From Senegalimassilia sp. (GTDB lineage Bacteria; Actinomycetota; Actinomycetes; Actinomycetales; Bifidobacteriaceae): 64,000 nt of DNA. The notes under the pieces were generated by a model. The model was not told the DNA's origin. It made no database searches and worked only from the letters and a program-made list of their open reading frames with translations. The stretch's first letter is position 1. Each line of letters starts with the position of its first letter. Below, piece by piece: positions 1 through 10,364 of this stretch. Made by a program: the position numbers and the translations under genes. The DNA is taken from assembly GCA_963619615.1 (NCBI GenBank), contig CAVEXE010000005.1:21647-85646 (forward strand). Direction: 5' to 3'.

Positions 1-181
1 TGCCGAGAAGTACGCCGAGAAGATCGACGAGCTCGAGGCCTTCCGTCAGGAAGCCTTCCAGTTCGCTGTGGACAACGGCTACGATCACCCGGATTACACC
101 GACTGGGTCTACTCCGGTGTCAACACCAACAAGCAGGGTGCTGTTTCCGCTACCGCCGCAACCGCTGGCGATAACGAGTGA
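1..181 (+). CDS. xfp: xylulose-5-phosphate/fructose-6-phosphate phosphoketolase, C-terminal fragment (5' truncated by window)
   Basis: Frame from nt 2 reads [59 protein letters not shown] then TGA (179-181), the recognisable bifidobacterial Xfp C-terminus; directly upstream of pta-ackA. Not in the ORF track. Confidence 0.93.
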   Translation, partial: AEKYAEKIDELEAFRQEAFQFAVDNGYDHPDYTDWVYSGVNTNKQGAVSATAATAGDNE

Positions 182-211
182 GTCTAGGCTATATAGCCTG
201 ATTGCTTGAAT

Positions 212-247
212 AAAGACCTCCGGGAACTTTGTTTCCCGGAGGTCTTT
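212..247 (+). terminator. intrinsic terminator hairpin after xfp
   Basis: Perfect 15-bp inverted repeat AAAGACCTCCGGGAA / TTCCCGGAGGTCTTT. Confidence 0.8.
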
Positions 248-381
248 ACATTTCGCACGTAAGATAAATCACTAAACTCCCAGAATGAAGACGTGTGTTT
301 GCCATGAATCGCACATTAGAATTGCTGATGGTGCGAACAATGCAGTCACGCACACTGAACAAACGAATAGGAGAAGACACC

Positions 382-2052
382 GTGAGTCTTACCAGCATCA
401 CCATCATCAGCCCAGAGGCAGCAAACGGCCGCAACGTAGTGGCACTTGGCGTAACTCAAGCCCTCTCTTCCGTGAAGAAAACAGGAGTTTTCCGCCCAGC
501 GGTATGTAGGAAAGACACGTTCACCGACACACTGATCGCCGCAAGCAACGCGGGACTGACCCGCGAACAGTCCGTTGGCGTCTGCCCGAAGCGTGCTCGC
601 GCCGACAAGGAAGGCTCGAGGGCCGATATCGTGGCAGCCTACACCCAGGCCGTCGAAGCCGCCGAACCGGAGGCGATGGTGATCGTCGGTACGGACAGGT
701 CCGCCATCAACGATCCCGCCATCTTCTCCTTCAACGCCGACGTCGCGGCAGATCTGATGTCTCCGGTCGTGCTTGCCGTATGCACCATCAACCGCACTCC
801 GGAACAGGTCAAGGCAACCGTCGAGGCGTCCACGGTCATCATCGAAGAGGCCGGAAGCAAGGTGCAGGGCGTGTTCATCACAGGATGTGACGGTGAGCAG
901 ACCGAGCCGCTCAAGGTGGAATTCGCGGATTACGCGGTGCCGGTCTGGACCCTGCCCGCCGTTGATTTCGATGAGGAAGGCGCCGTGGAAAAGGCGACCG
1001 CCGTGTTCGCCGAGAACGTCGACACCTCCGAACTGGTGGCAGCCATCGAAGCCCCGTTCGAAGCCCCTACCACTCCGTATGCGTTCCAGTACAGTCTGCT
1101 GGGCAAGGCGAAGGCCGACAAGAAGACCATCGTTCTGCCGGAAGGTGCGGAAGACCGCATCATCAAGGCGGCCGATTACCTGCTTGAGCGCGATATCGTG
1201 GACCTGATCATCGTCGGCGACGAGAACACTATTCTCGCCCGCGGCGAGGAGCTCGGACTCAAGTCCCTTTCCAAGGCGAAGTTCCAGGCCAAGGACGACG
1301 AGGAAGTGCTCGCTCCAATGGTGGCCAAGCTGTGCGAGCTGCGCGCCAAGAAGGGCATGACCGAAGAGCAGGCGCGCAAGCAGCTGACCGACGACAGCTA
1401 TTTCGGCACCATGCTGGTGGTGCTCGGCATGGCCGACGGTCTGGTATCCGGTTCCGTGAACTCCACCGCGAACACGGTACGTCCCGCGCTGCAGGTCATC
1501 AAGACCAAGCCCGGCACGTCCTTGGTTTCCGGCGCGTTCCTCATGTGCTTCAAGGATCATGTGGCCGTGTTCTCGGATTGCGCCATCAACCTGAACCCGT
1601 CCGCCGAACAATTGGCCGAGATCGCCATTCAGTCCGCCCAGACCGCGCAGGCGTTCGGCCTCGATCCGAAGGTCGGCATGCTGTCGTACTCCACCCTCGG
1701 CTCCGGCAAGGGTCCGGACGTCGATCTCGTTGAGGAAGCCACCGCCATCGTGAAGGACAAGGCCCCCGAGCTTTCGGTGGTCGGCTCCATCCAGTTCGAC
1801 GCCGCATGGTCGCCGACCGTCGCCGCTACCAAGGCCAAGGGCGACGCCGTGGCAGGACACGTCAACGTGTTCGTCTTCCCGGATCTGTGCGCGGGCAACA
1901 TCGGTTACAAGGCGGTACAGCGCTCTTCCGGCGCGGTCGCCGTCGGCCCGGTGCTGCAGGGTCTGAACCGCCCGGTCAACGATCTGAGCCGAGGTGCCAC
2001 CGTGCAGGACATCATCAACACTGTTGCGCTGACGGCCATCGAAGCCCAGTAA
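382..2052 (+). CDS. pta: phosphate acetyltransferase
   Basis: IVLPEG, SGAFLM, DCAIN, FVFPDL..GNIGYK, GPVLQGL..PVNDLSRG motifs; GTG start at 382 after AGGAG; between xfp and ackA. Confidence 0.96.
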   Translation: MSLTSITIISPEAANGRNVVALGVTQALSSVKKTGVFRPAVCRKDTFTDTLIAASNAGLTREQSVGVCPKRARADKEGSRADIVAAYTQAVEAAEPEAMVIVGTDRSAINDPAIFSFNADVAADLMSPVVLAVCTINRTPEQVKATVEASTVIIEEAGSKVQGVFITGCDGEQTEPLKVEFADYAVPVWTLPAVDFDEEGAVEKATAVFAENVDTSELVAAIEAPFEAPTTPYAFQYSLLGKAKADKKTIVLPEGAEDRIIKAADYLLERDIVDLIIVGDENTILARGEELGLKSLSKAKFQAKDDEEVLAPMVAKLCELRAKKGMTEEQARKQLTDDSYFGTMLVVLGMADGLVSGSVNSTANTVRPALQVIKTKPGTSLVSGAFLMCFKDHVAVFSDCAINLNPSAEQLAEIAIQSAQTAQAFGLDPKVGMLSYSTLGSGKGPDVDLVEEATAIVKDKAPELSVVGSIQFDAAWSPTVAATKAKGDAVAGHVNVFVFPDLCAGNIGYKAVQRSSGAVAVGPVLQGLNRPVNDLSRGATVQDIINTVALTAIEAQ

Positions 2053-2141
2053 TACGGCAATTTGTAGCAAGCAAAGAGTAATCTAAGGTTTTGGAAAGTC
2101 GCGAAAGCGGCACATCGATTAACACATGGAGGATGCCCACA

Positions 2142-3371
2142 ATGGCGAAAACCGTCCTTGTCATCAATTCCGGTTCCAGCTCTATCAAGTACCAGCTGGT
2201 TGATCTTGAAACCGGTGAAGGTATCGCTTCCGGCCTGGTCGAGAAGATCGGCGAGCCGGTTGACGGCCACTACAAGCACGAATTCAACGGTGAGAAGCAC
2301 GAGCTGGAAGAGCCGATTCACGACCACGAGCAGGGTCTGAAGCGCGTTCTCGGCTTCTTCGACGAGTTCGGCCCGAAGCTGGATGAAGCCGGCATCGTGG
2401 CTGTCGGCCACCGCGTGGTTCAGGGCGGCTCCCTCTTCCCGAACCCGGCACTGGTCACAGACAAGACCATCAACCAGGTCAAGGACCTCGCCGTCCTCGC
2501 TCCGCTGCACAACGGCCCGGAGGCCAAGGGCGCCGAAGTCATGCGTGCCCTGCTGCCGGACGTTCCGCAGATCTTCGTGTTCGATTCCTCCTTCTTCTTC
2601 CAGCTGCCGAAGGCCGCCAGCACCTACGCGCTGAACAAGGAGATCGCCGAGCAGTACCACATCCGTCGTTATGGCGCCCACGGCACCTCCCACGAGTTCA
2701 TCTCCTCCGTGGTCCCGTCCGTCGTCGGCAAGCCGGCCGAAGGCCTCAAGCAGATTGTTCTGCACGTGGGCAACGGCGCTTCCGCTTCCGCCGAAGTCTC
2801 CGGCAAGCCGGTTGAGACCTCCATGGGTCTGACCCCGCTGGAAGGCCTCATGATGGGCGGCCGTACCGGCGACATCGACCCGGCAGTGGTCTTCCACCTG
2901 ATTCGCAACGCCCACATGAACGTGGACGAGCTGGATGCCCTGTTCAACAAGCGCTCCGGCATGATGGGCATGACCGGCTACGGCGATCTGCGTGAAGTGC
3001 ATCGCCTGATCGCCGAAGGCAACGAGGACGCCAAGCTGGCCCTCGACGTCTACGTGCACCGCATCGTCGGCTACATCGGCAACTACACCGCCCAGATGGG
3101 TGGCGTCGACGTGATCACCTTCACCGCAGGCGTTGGCGAGAACGACGACATCGTGCGTAAGGAAGTGTGCGACAAGCTCGCTCCGTTCGGCGTCAAGCTG
3201 GACGAGGAGAAGAACGCCACCCGTTCCAAGGAACCGCGCATCATCTCCACTCCGGATTCTGCGATTACCATCTGCGTCATCCCGACCAACGAGGAGCTGG
3301 CAATCGCCCGCAAGTCCGCGGCCATCGCAGAAGCCGGCGAAGACAGCTACGGCAACGTCTTCTCCAAGTGA
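2142..3371 (+). CDS. ackA: acetate kinase
   Basis: LVINSGSSSIK, GHRVVQGG, APLHN, RRYGAHGTSH, TSMGLTPLEG, PTNEE; ATG 2142 after GGAGG. Confidence 0.97.
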   Translation: MAKTVLVINSGSSSIKYQLVDLETGEGIASGLVEKIGEPVDGHYKHEFNGEKHELEEPIHDHEQGLKRVLGFFDEFGPKLDEAGIVAVGHRVVQGGSLFPNPALVTDKTINQVKDLAVLAPLHNGPEAKGAEVMRALLPDVPQIFVFDSSFFFQLPKAASTYALNKEIAEQYHIRRYGAHGTSHEFISSVVPSVVGKPAEGLKQIVLHVGNGASASAEVSGKPVETSMGLTPLEGLMMGGRTGDIDPAVVFHLIRNAHMNVDELDALFNKRSGMMGMTGYGDLREVHRLIAEGNEDAKLALDVYVHRIVGYIGNYTAQMGGVDVITFTAGVGENDDIVRKEVCDKLAPFGVKLDEEKNATRSKEPRIISTPDSAITICVIPTNEELAIARKSAAIAEAGEDSYGNVFSK

Positions 3372-3418
3372 GAACGATCTGAACGGTAATCGCGACAGGT
3401 GATTTCGTTCGAAAAATG

Positions 3419-3483
3419 AGGAGCCGCTTCCTTCGATCGCGAAGTTGAGGAAATCAGCCAACCGATCAAAGGAAGCGGCTCCT
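3419..3483. terminator. long hairpin between convergent ackA and xpt (probable bidirectional terminator)
   Basis: AGGAGCCGCTTCCTT ... AAGGAAGCGGCTCCT inverted repeat. Confidence 0.7.
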
Positions 3484-3513
3484 TAGTATATTCGTTTTCA
3501 GTGTGGAGTCGAA

Positions 3514-4095
3514 TCAGTCGCGGAACTCGATCGTTCCGGCCTCGCAATCCATCGATTCCACAATCGCCAGCGAATCAATGTCATAACCCTCGCCGCGCAG
3601 TTCGTCCCCGCCGCTCTGGAAACCCTTTTCCACGGCGATGCCGATGCCCTCCACCACGGCACCGGCGGCATCGCACAGTTCGATCAGACCACGAAGCGCC
3701 TTGCCATTGGCCAGAAAATCATCGATGATCAGCACATGGTCGCCTTCATTAAGGAAACGTTTGGCGACGATGATCGGATACGTTTTCTGCTTGGTATAGG
3801 AATACACGGTTGTGGCATACTGATCGCCGTCGAGGTTGATGGACTGTGTCTTCTTGGCGAACACCACCGGCACGTTGCCGAAATGCCGCGCCGCCACACA
3901 GGCGATGCCGATGCCCGACGCCTCAATGGTCAGAATCTTGTTGATCGGCTTACCCCGGAAGTGCTCGGCCCAAGCCGCGCCCATGCGGTCATACAGAGCA
4001 ACATCGCACTGCTGGTTAAGAAACGCATCCACTTTAAGCACATTGCCCACCCCGACGATGCCCTGGGTTTTGATACGCTCTTCGAGTTCCTTCAT
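3514..4095 (-). CDS. xpt: xanthine phosphoribosyltransferase
   Basis: [42 protein letters not shown]-binding motif; ATG at 4095 preceded by AGGAG on minus strand. Confidence 0.92.
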   Translation of the reverse strand: MKELEERIKTQGIVGVGNVLKVDAFLNQQCDVALYDRMGAAWAEHFRGKPINKILTIEASGIGIACVAARHFGNVPVVFAKKTQSINLDGDQYATTVYSYTKQKTYPIIVAKRFLNEGDHVLIIDDFLANGKALRGLIELCDAAGAVVEGIGIAVEKGFQSGGDELRGEGYDIDSLAIVESMDCEAGTIEFRD

Positions 4096-4270
4096 GAATC
4101 TCCTTAATCGATATGCCTTGCGAAGGTTGCAATGGATTGATTTTCGCAAAGCCACATAGGATTCAGCGTACGCTTTTCGATTGACCGGGTACGCGAATAC
4201 TGACCGGCGCGTATGGTAAACATGGACTTCGCGAACGAACGACTTCTTACTATGCAGGAAAGAGGAACCA

Positions 4271-6874
4271 GTGGGGCAGAACATGGGACCGGTTTTATGC
4301 GACCCTCAAAGTCTGATCGAGGATCTCAACCCGCAGCAGAAAGAAGCGGTCAAGTATTACGGACAGGCATTGCTCATCGGCGCGGGAGCCGGCTCGGGCA
4401 AGACCCGCGTGCTGACCCGACGCATCGCATGGCTCCTGGCGCATGGTTTCTGGGCCAGCAGCATCCTCGCCATCACCTTCACCAACAAGGCCGCGGCGGA
4501 AATGAAGGAGCGACTCGCCGCACTCGTAGGCCCGGAAGCCGAACGCATGTGGATCTCCACCTTCCACTCCGCATGCGTGCGCATCCTGAGAAGAGACGGT
4601 GACCAGATCGGCCTCAAATCGGGCTTCTCCATATATGACACGGCTGATTGCGAACGACTGCTCAAACTCATCGGCGCCGATCTGAATGTTGACATGAAGC
4701 GGTATACGCCGCGTATGATCCTTGGCAGGATTTCCGATTGCAAGAACGCGTTGACCGGCTGGAGAGACCAGTTGAAGGCCGTGAACTGCGATTATCAGCC
4801 CGGTGTCCGCGGTTACAGGGTCACGGATGGCGCCGTCGAGGAACTGGTCGCCGTGATGTATGCCGAGTACCAACATCGCCTGGCCATGGCGAATGCGGTC
4901 GATTTCGATGATTTGATCATGCGTACGGTGGAGCTGTTCCAGCGTTGCCCACAGGTGTCCGAGTATTACCGACACAGGTTCCGCTACATTTTCGTCGACG
5001 AATACCAGGACACGAATCATGCGCAATATGTGCTGGTACGTGAGCTGAGCGGTATCGATTCGGGCGAGGAACCCGATCCGAGAATGAGGGGCGCGGGAAC
5101 GGTCGGCCCGTCGTGGATCACCGTCGTCGGTGATTCCGACCAGTCCATCTACGCGTTCCGTGGCGCGGATATTCGCAATATTCAGGATTTCGAAAAGGAT
5201 TTCCCGAACGCGAAGACCATCATGCTTGAGCAGAACTATCGTTCCACACAGACGATTCTGGATGCGGCGAATGCGGTGATCGCAAAGAACGAGAATCGCA
5301 AGCCGAAGAAACTGTGGACCGCATTCGGCGTGGGAGACAAGATCGTCGGCTATGCCGCGGACAATGCGCAGCAGGAGGCCGGCTGGATCGCGAACGAAAT
5401 CAGCCGTATCCACAGTGAGGAATCAGTGGCCTATCGCGACATTGCGATCATGTATCGCGCCAATGCGCAATCTCGCTCGCTGGAGGAAGCGCTGATCAAG
5501 GCCGATCTGCCATATCAGCTGGTCGGCGGAACCAAGTTCTACGAACGCAGGGAAGTCAAGGATGCTCTCGCGTATCTGCAGGCGATTGTGAATCCTGCGG
5601 ATAACGTGAACATGCGGCGTATCCTCAATGTGCCGAAGCGTGGCTTGGGCGCTCGCGCCGAGGGGTTGGTCGCCTCGTATGCGGATGCCCATGGTACGAC
5701 GTTCTTCGATGGCGTGGAGCATATGGAGCAGATCGAAGGCATGACGGGGCGCACGGCCAAGCCGTTGGGCGCTTTCCGTGATTTGATGCATGAGCTTTCG
5801 AATTTTGCCCGAGAGCATGATTCCAAGCCGTCCGAGGTGGTTGCCGAGGTGCTTTCCAAGACCGGTCTTTTGGAGGAATTGCAACGTTCCGAGGACCCGC
5901 AGGACGCATCACGTGTCGATAACCTCTCCCAGCTGCAGTCCGTGGCCGCCGAGTTCGAACAGAACACTCCGGACGCCACGTTGTCCGCGTTCCTCGAGAC
6001 GACCGCACTGGTGGCGGATTCCGACCAGCTGCCGGGAGAGCATGAGGATTTCGGCAAGGTCACGATGATGACGTTGCATACTGCCAAGGGTTTGGAATAT
6101 CCATACGTGTTCCTTACCGGAATGGAGCAGGGCACGTTCCCTCATCAACGTGCCATGGAGAACGCGAGCGAGCTTTCCGAAGAGCGTCGCCTGGCTTATG
6201 TGGGCATTACCCGAGCCAAGAGGCGTCTGTATGTTACGAGATCCGCGGTACGCGCGCAGTGGGGACAGTCCGCCGATATGCTGCCGAGCCAGTTTTTGGA
6301 TGAGATCCCGGACGAACTGATCGATTGGAAGAGACGCGAGGCCGGGGTGGAGCGAATGCGTTCCACCTGGCAGAGTGGTCTCGATGATGATGAATTCGGC
6401 GGCTGGTCGGATGATGACGATTTCGGCTCGACATCGTTCGGAGGATCCATGTATGGCGGTTCTTCGTACGGCTCATCCTCCTACGGTTCGTCGGGACGGG
6501 GAAGGAGATCGTCGTATGGTTCTTCATACGGTTCCGGCAAATCATCCTCATATGGCTCGTCCTCTTACGGTTCGTATGACTCATACAGGCACGGTTCGAG
6601 CGGAAAAACCACAGGCGAATCCGGCAAGGTGAGCACGCGTCAAACCAAACCAAGGGACTTGACGAAGGGCACTTCGTCAGGTTCGTTGAGAAAGAACAAT
6701 GGTCTGGATATCGCCGACTTCCATGTCGGAGACAGGGTCACGCATGCTACATACGGAAGGGGCGCCATCCTCGATACGCAGGACAAAGGCGCGAATTCAG
6801 TGATCACCGTCGACTTCGGCGGAGGCAATATCAAACGGCTGTTGCTGCGTGTGGCTCCCATCAATAAACTGTGA
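4271..6874 (+). CDS. pcrA: ATP-dependent DNA helicase PcrA/UvrD
   Basis: [69 protein letters not shown]-terminal Tudor-like domain ([12 protein letters not shown]). Confidence 0.95.
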   Translation: MGQNMGPVLCDPQSLIEDLNPQQKEAVKYYGQALLIGAGAGSGKTRVLTRRIAWLLAHGFWASSILAITFTNKAAAEMKERLAALVGPEAERMWISTFHSACVRILRRDGDQIGLKSGFSIYDTADCERLLKLIGADLNVDMKRYTPRMILGRISDCKNALTGWRDQLKAVNCDYQPGVRGYRVTDGAVEELVAVMYAEYQHRLAMANAVDFDDLIMRTVELFQRCPQVSEYYRHRFRYIFVDEYQDTNHAQYVLVRELSGIDSGEEPDPRMRGAGTVGPSWITVVGDSDQSIYAFRGADIRNIQDFEKDFPNAKTIMLEQNYRSTQTILDAANAVIAKNENRKPKKLWTAFGVGDKIVGYAADNAQQEAGWIANEISRIHSEESVAYRDIAIMYRANAQSRSLEEALIKADLPYQLVGGTKFYERREVKDALAYLQAIVNPADNVNMRRILNVPKRGLGARAEGLVASYADAHGTTFFDGVEHMEQIEGMTGRTAKPLGAFRDLMHELSNFAREHDSKPSEVVAEVLSKTGLLEELQRSEDPQDASRVDNLSQLQSVAAEFEQNTPDATLSAFLETTALVADSDQLPGEHEDFGKVTMMTLHTAKGLEYPYVFLTGMEQGTFPHQRAMENASELSEERRLAYVGITRAKRRLYVTRSAVRAQWGQSADMLPSQFLDEIPDELIDWKRREAGVERMRSTWQSGLDDDEFGGWSDDDDFGSTSFGGSMYGGSSYGSSSYGSSGRGRRSSYGSSYGSGKSSSYGSSSYGSYDSYRHGSSGKTTGESGKVSTRQTKPRDLTKGTSSGSLRKNNGLDIADFHVGDRVTHATYGRGAILDTQDKGANSVITVDFGGGNIKRLLLRVAPINKL

Positions 6875-6983
6875 TATCGGCCGTTCGGTGGCTTTATAGC
6901 ATAAGCAGTGCGGAAAATCAAGACTTTTCTTTTGTCGGCAACACTGTAATAATCGCCGTGTTCGTTGTAACAGAGAGGAAGTC

Positions 6984-7382
6984 ATGAACAAGAAGCTTTT
7001 TGCGGCCGTTCCGCAGATCGTATTCGGCGTGCTGATCGCCATCGGACCGCAGACATTCGCCCATGTGTGCGAGGTCGGTGATACTCCGATGGCCTGCCAC
7101 TATACGGCACAGGCCGAGTTGGGCATCGGCGCCGCGATCGCGGTGCTGGCCGCGATCGGACTGTTCGTTGACGGTAAAATCCGTGCCGGAATCAGCATCG
7201 CCAACGTAGCGCTCGGTGTGTTGACGATCGTGGTGCCGACCACGCTGATCGGCGTGTGCAAAGGTGCCATGATGCACTGCCACATGGTGACCATGCCCGT
7301 GCTGATCGTACTTGGCGCACTGCTGATCGTGGTGTCCGCGATCGCGGCGTATCTGGATGCCAAGCCATCGAAGCGTGCCTGA
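6984..7382 (+). CDS. small membrane protein, DUF4418-like
   Basis: Four hydrophobic segments with HVC..PMACH and GVC..MMHCH motifs; RBS GAGAGG; first gene of an ABC cassette. Confidence 0.7.
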   Translation: MNKKLFAAVPQIVFGVLIAIGPQTFAHVCEVGDTPMACHYTAQAELGIGAAIAVLAAIGLFVDGKIRAGISIANVALGVLTIVVPTTLIGVCKGAMMHCHMVTMPVLIVLGALLIVVSAIAAYLDAKPSKRA

Positions 7383-7383
7383 C

Positions 7384-8595
7384 ATGCCGCATATCACCCT
7401 TGCCGGATTGCCGTTGGCCAATCTTCGACGCAAACCTTTCCGCACGACTGCGCTGGTCATCGTCGTCACCATGCTTACGGTGGCCTTCTACGGTGGTTCG
7501 CTGCTGTCCATGAACCTCAAAGCCGGACTCAACAGCATGCAGGAACGCATGGGCGCGGATCTCATGGTCACCCCGCAGAACACCAAAACCGAAGCCGAAG
7601 CGCTGCTCACCGACGGATCGGCCAGCACCTTCTACTTCACCAACGACATCGAAACACAGGTCGCCGAAGCGGACGGCATCGAGGAACTCACCGTACAGAC
7701 CTACATTTCCTCGCTGACCGCGGCATGCTGCGACGAGAAAGTGCAGATCATCGGGTTCAATCCGGACACCGATTTCGTAATCACCCCGTGGATATCCTCG
7801 CAATTCGACGGAACCTTGGAACGCGGGCAGATCATCGCCGGATCGGGCATCAACGTGTCGAGCAACAACACGGTCAAACTGTACGGACATGAATTTCCCG
7901 TGGCTGCGCAGCTGGCGAACACGGGAACATCGTTGGACAATTCGGTCTTCGTGAACATGGACACGGTGCCGGACGTCGTCAGCTATTCAGCCAAGGTCGG
8001 GCATCCCGCGATTCCGACCGAATATGCCGACAAAGCCGTCTCATCAGTGCTCATCAAAGTCAAAGACGGCTATTCGGCACAGCAGGTGGCCTCCAACATA
8101 GAGAAGACCACCGGACTCGAAGGACTCGGATACGTGTATCCGGGAGGAATCACCGCCACCACAAAATCAAGCCTGAACAGCATCGTCAAATACGTGACCC
8201 TGTTTGTGGCGGTGTTCTGGATGATGGGCCTCATCGTACTCATCGCGGTGTTCTCATCGGCCATGAACGAACGCAAACGCGAATTCGCCGCATACCGTAT
8301 CATGGGCGCCGACCGTGCCACACTGGTAGGAATCATCGTCAAGGAATCCGCACTGATCGGCGTATCGGGAGGAGTGGTCGGCGTAGCCGCGGCCTCACTG
8401 GCCATATTCCCGTTCAGCACGCTCATAGGAAAACAACTCCAGCTACCGTACCTGCAAACCAATGCGTGGAACGTAATCGGGCTGATTGCGGTGAGCCTCA
8501 TATTCGCGGTGTTCACAGGCGTGCTCGCATCGATCGCCACGGCGGTGAGATTGTCCACCCCGGAAACCTATCTGACACTCAGGGAAGGGGAGTGA
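7384..8595 (+). CDS. FtsX/MacB-type ABC transporter permease
   Basis: NLRRKPFRT N-terminus, one TM, large extracytoplasmic domain, NERKREFAAYRIMGA, three C-terminal TMs. Confidence 0.85.
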   Translation: MPHITLAGLPLANLRRKPFRTTALVIVVTMLTVAFYGGSLLSMNLKAGLNSMQERMGADLMVTPQNTKTEAEALLTDGSASTFYFTNDIETQVAEADGIEELTVQTYISSLTAACCDEKVQIIGFNPDTDFVITPWISSQFDGTLERGQIIAGSGINVSSNNTVKLYGHEFPVAAQLANTGTSLDNSVFVNMDTVPDVVSYSAKVGHPAIPTEYADKAVSSVLIKVKDGYSAQQVASNIEKTTGLEGLGYVYPGGITATTKSSLNSIVKYVTLFVAVFWMMGLIVLIAVFSSAMNERKREFAAYRIMGADRATLVGIIVKESALIGVSGGVVGVAAASLAIFPFSTLIGKQLQLPYLQTNAWNVIGLIAVSLIFAVFTGVLASIATAVRLSTPETYLTLREGE

Positions 8596-8596
8596 C

Positions 8597-9415
8597 ATGA
8601 CCGACGATACCGTTCTTGAAGCAAAAGACCTAACCCGTGAATTCACCAGAAGAGGCAAACCGTTCGCAGCGGTGGACCATGTGGATCTGACACTGAAAGC
8701 AGGCGAATTCGTGGCCATAGTCGGACGCTCCGGCAATGGAAAAAGCACCCTGCTCAATCTCATCACAGGACTGCTCAAACCAACATCGGGCAACGTCACT
8801 CTTGACGGCAAAGACGTTGAGACATTGAACGACCGCGATATGTCCCGGATGCGCAACCGTACAATCGGATTCGTCACCCAAAGCCAAACACTGCTGGCGA
8901 ACCTCACCGTACTCGACAACGTGATCCTGCCATCGGTGATGCAACCATCGAACCGTTCCGAAAATACGTGCGGAGACGACATCGACGCGGCAAATACGCA
9001 ATCATCCGACACGGACGCCGTGCCAACGCAGACCGACGACGAACTCCCCGACGTCATAGCCGCGCCGCCGAAACCGGAAAAGAACATCCAAAGCGACCAC
9101 TTGACGGAACGAGCGCACAAACTGCTTGCCAAACTGCAGGTGGACGACCTATCGGACTGCTATCCGAAGGAACTGTCGGGAGGCGAGATGCGACGCGTAT
9201 CAATCGCACGCGCGCTGATGAACGATCCGAAACTCCTGATAGCGGACGAACCCACCGGAGACCTGGACATGCAGAGCACGGCCATCGTCATGGAACTGCT
9301 GCAACAGGTGGCGCGTAACGGGACGGCCGTGCTGATGGTCACCCACGACCCTGACGCGCTCGCGTACGTGGACCGCACATACCGCATGGACAGGGGAGTG
9401 CTGAGCGAAGAGTGA
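8597..9415 (+). CDS. ABC transporter ATP-binding protein (LolD/MacB type)
   Basis: GRSGNGKST Walker A, LSGGEMRR signature, ADEPTGDLD, VTHD; carries an acidic insert of about 45 aa before the signature. Confidence 0.92.
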   Translation: MTDDTVLEAKDLTREFTRRGKPFAAVDHVDLTLKAGEFVAIVGRSGNGKSTLLNLITGLLKPTSGNVTLDGKDVETLNDRDMSRMRNRTIGFVTQSQTLLANLTVLDNVILPSVMQPSNRSENTCGDDIDAANTQSSDTDAVPTQTDDELPDVIAAPPKPEKNIQSDHLTERAHKLLAKLQVDDLSDCYPKELSGGEMRRVSIARALMNDPKLLIADEPTGDLDMQSTAIVMELLQQVARNGTAVLMVTHDPDALAYVDRTYRMDRGVLSEE

Positions 9416-9489
9416 GCGGGAATGGCCGCATGACATGCCGATGGAGGGCGAGACTTGCTGATAGTCCCGCCCTCATGTGTATTATTGAC

Positions 9490-9691
9490 GACTGGTGTGC
9501 GCTCGAAGGGGCATACGCCGTCTGGAGCCTTGGCCCATCAGTGGGTCGGCGACGGACCCGGGTCGAAAGATGCGGGTCCAAGTCGTTCGTGCCATGCACG
9601 AAGAAGCACTGGAGAGGCTGGCTCAGCGCATGTCGGGCAACCGATATGCGTTCCGTTCAGACAACGACAGAACAAACAAAGGATTAAACCA
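9490..9691 (+). promoter_or_regulatory. candidate structured 5' leader of rpsD
   Basis: TATTAT -10 candidate at 9480-9485; hairpins capped by GAAA (9549-9586) and GCAA (9626-9651) tetraloops. Confidence 0.5.
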
Positions 9692-10318
9692 ATGACGAAC
9701 GTTCAGCGTTCTCGCCGCCAGGTGCGCCTTTCCCGCGCCCTCGGCATCGCTCTGACCCCTAAGGCTCAGCGCATTTTCGAAAAGCGTCCGTACGCTCCGG
9801 GTGAGCACGGCCGCACCCGCCGTCGCACTGAATCCGATTACGCAGTGCGTCTGCGCGAGAAGCAGCGTCTTCGCGCTCAGTATGGCGTCTCCGAGAAGCA
9901 GCTCCGTGCTGCCTACGAGAAGGCCACCCACACCGCCGGCCAGACCGGTAATGCCATGCTGACCGACCTCGAAACCCGTCTCGACGCCCTGGTTCTGCGT
10001 GCAGGCTTCGCCCGCACCACCGCCCAGGCCCGCCAGTTCGTGGTCCATCGTCACATCCTCGTTGACGGCAACATCGTCGACCGCCCGTCCTACCGCGTCA
10101 AGCCTGGCCAGACCATTCAGGTCAGGGCCAAGAGCCAGACCATGGTTCCGTTCCAGATTGCTGCCGAAGGCGTGCACCGCGACGTGCTGCCGGCGGTTCC
10201 GGGCTACCTGGACGTCAACCTGCCTTCCCTGAAGGCCACCCTGACTCGCAAGCCTGAAGCCGAGGAAGTTCCGGTGCAGGTCAACATCCAGTACGTGGTC
10301 GAATTCTACGCCCGCTGA
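9692..10318 (+). CDS. rpsD: 30S ribosomal protein S4
   Basis: PYAPGEHG, SDYAVRLREKQRLR, LETRLD, ARQFVVHRHI, VVEFYAR; ATG 9692 after AAAGGA. Confidence 0.97.
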   Translation: MTNVQRSRRQVRLSRALGIALTPKAQRIFEKRPYAPGEHGRTRRRTESDYAVRLREKQRLRAQYGVSEKQLRAAYEKATHTAGQTGNAMLTDLETRLDALVLRAGFARTTAQARQFVVHRHILVDGNIVDRPSYRVKPGQTIQVRAKSQTMVPFQIAAEGVHRDVLPAVPGYLDVNLPSLKATLTRKPEAEEVPVQVNIQYVVEFYAR

Positions 10319-10364
10319 TCTGGATTCACATACTGTAAGAACATACAGTATAAGGACATACAGC

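Noticed and set aside
4096..4270. Purine riboswitch upstream of xpt
   Set aside because: No purine aptamer consensus visible; the spacer is a short divergent promoter region shared with pcrA.
6420..6600. Repeats in pcrA as a CRISPR array or VNTR
   Set aside because: They are degenerate in-frame coding repeats without spacers; no cas genes or regular repeat-spacer pattern anywhere in the window.
9412..9691. Small ORFs and an N-terminal extension of S4 upstream of 9692
   Set aside because: The RBS and S4 homology begin at 9692; the region is better explained as promoter plus structured leader.
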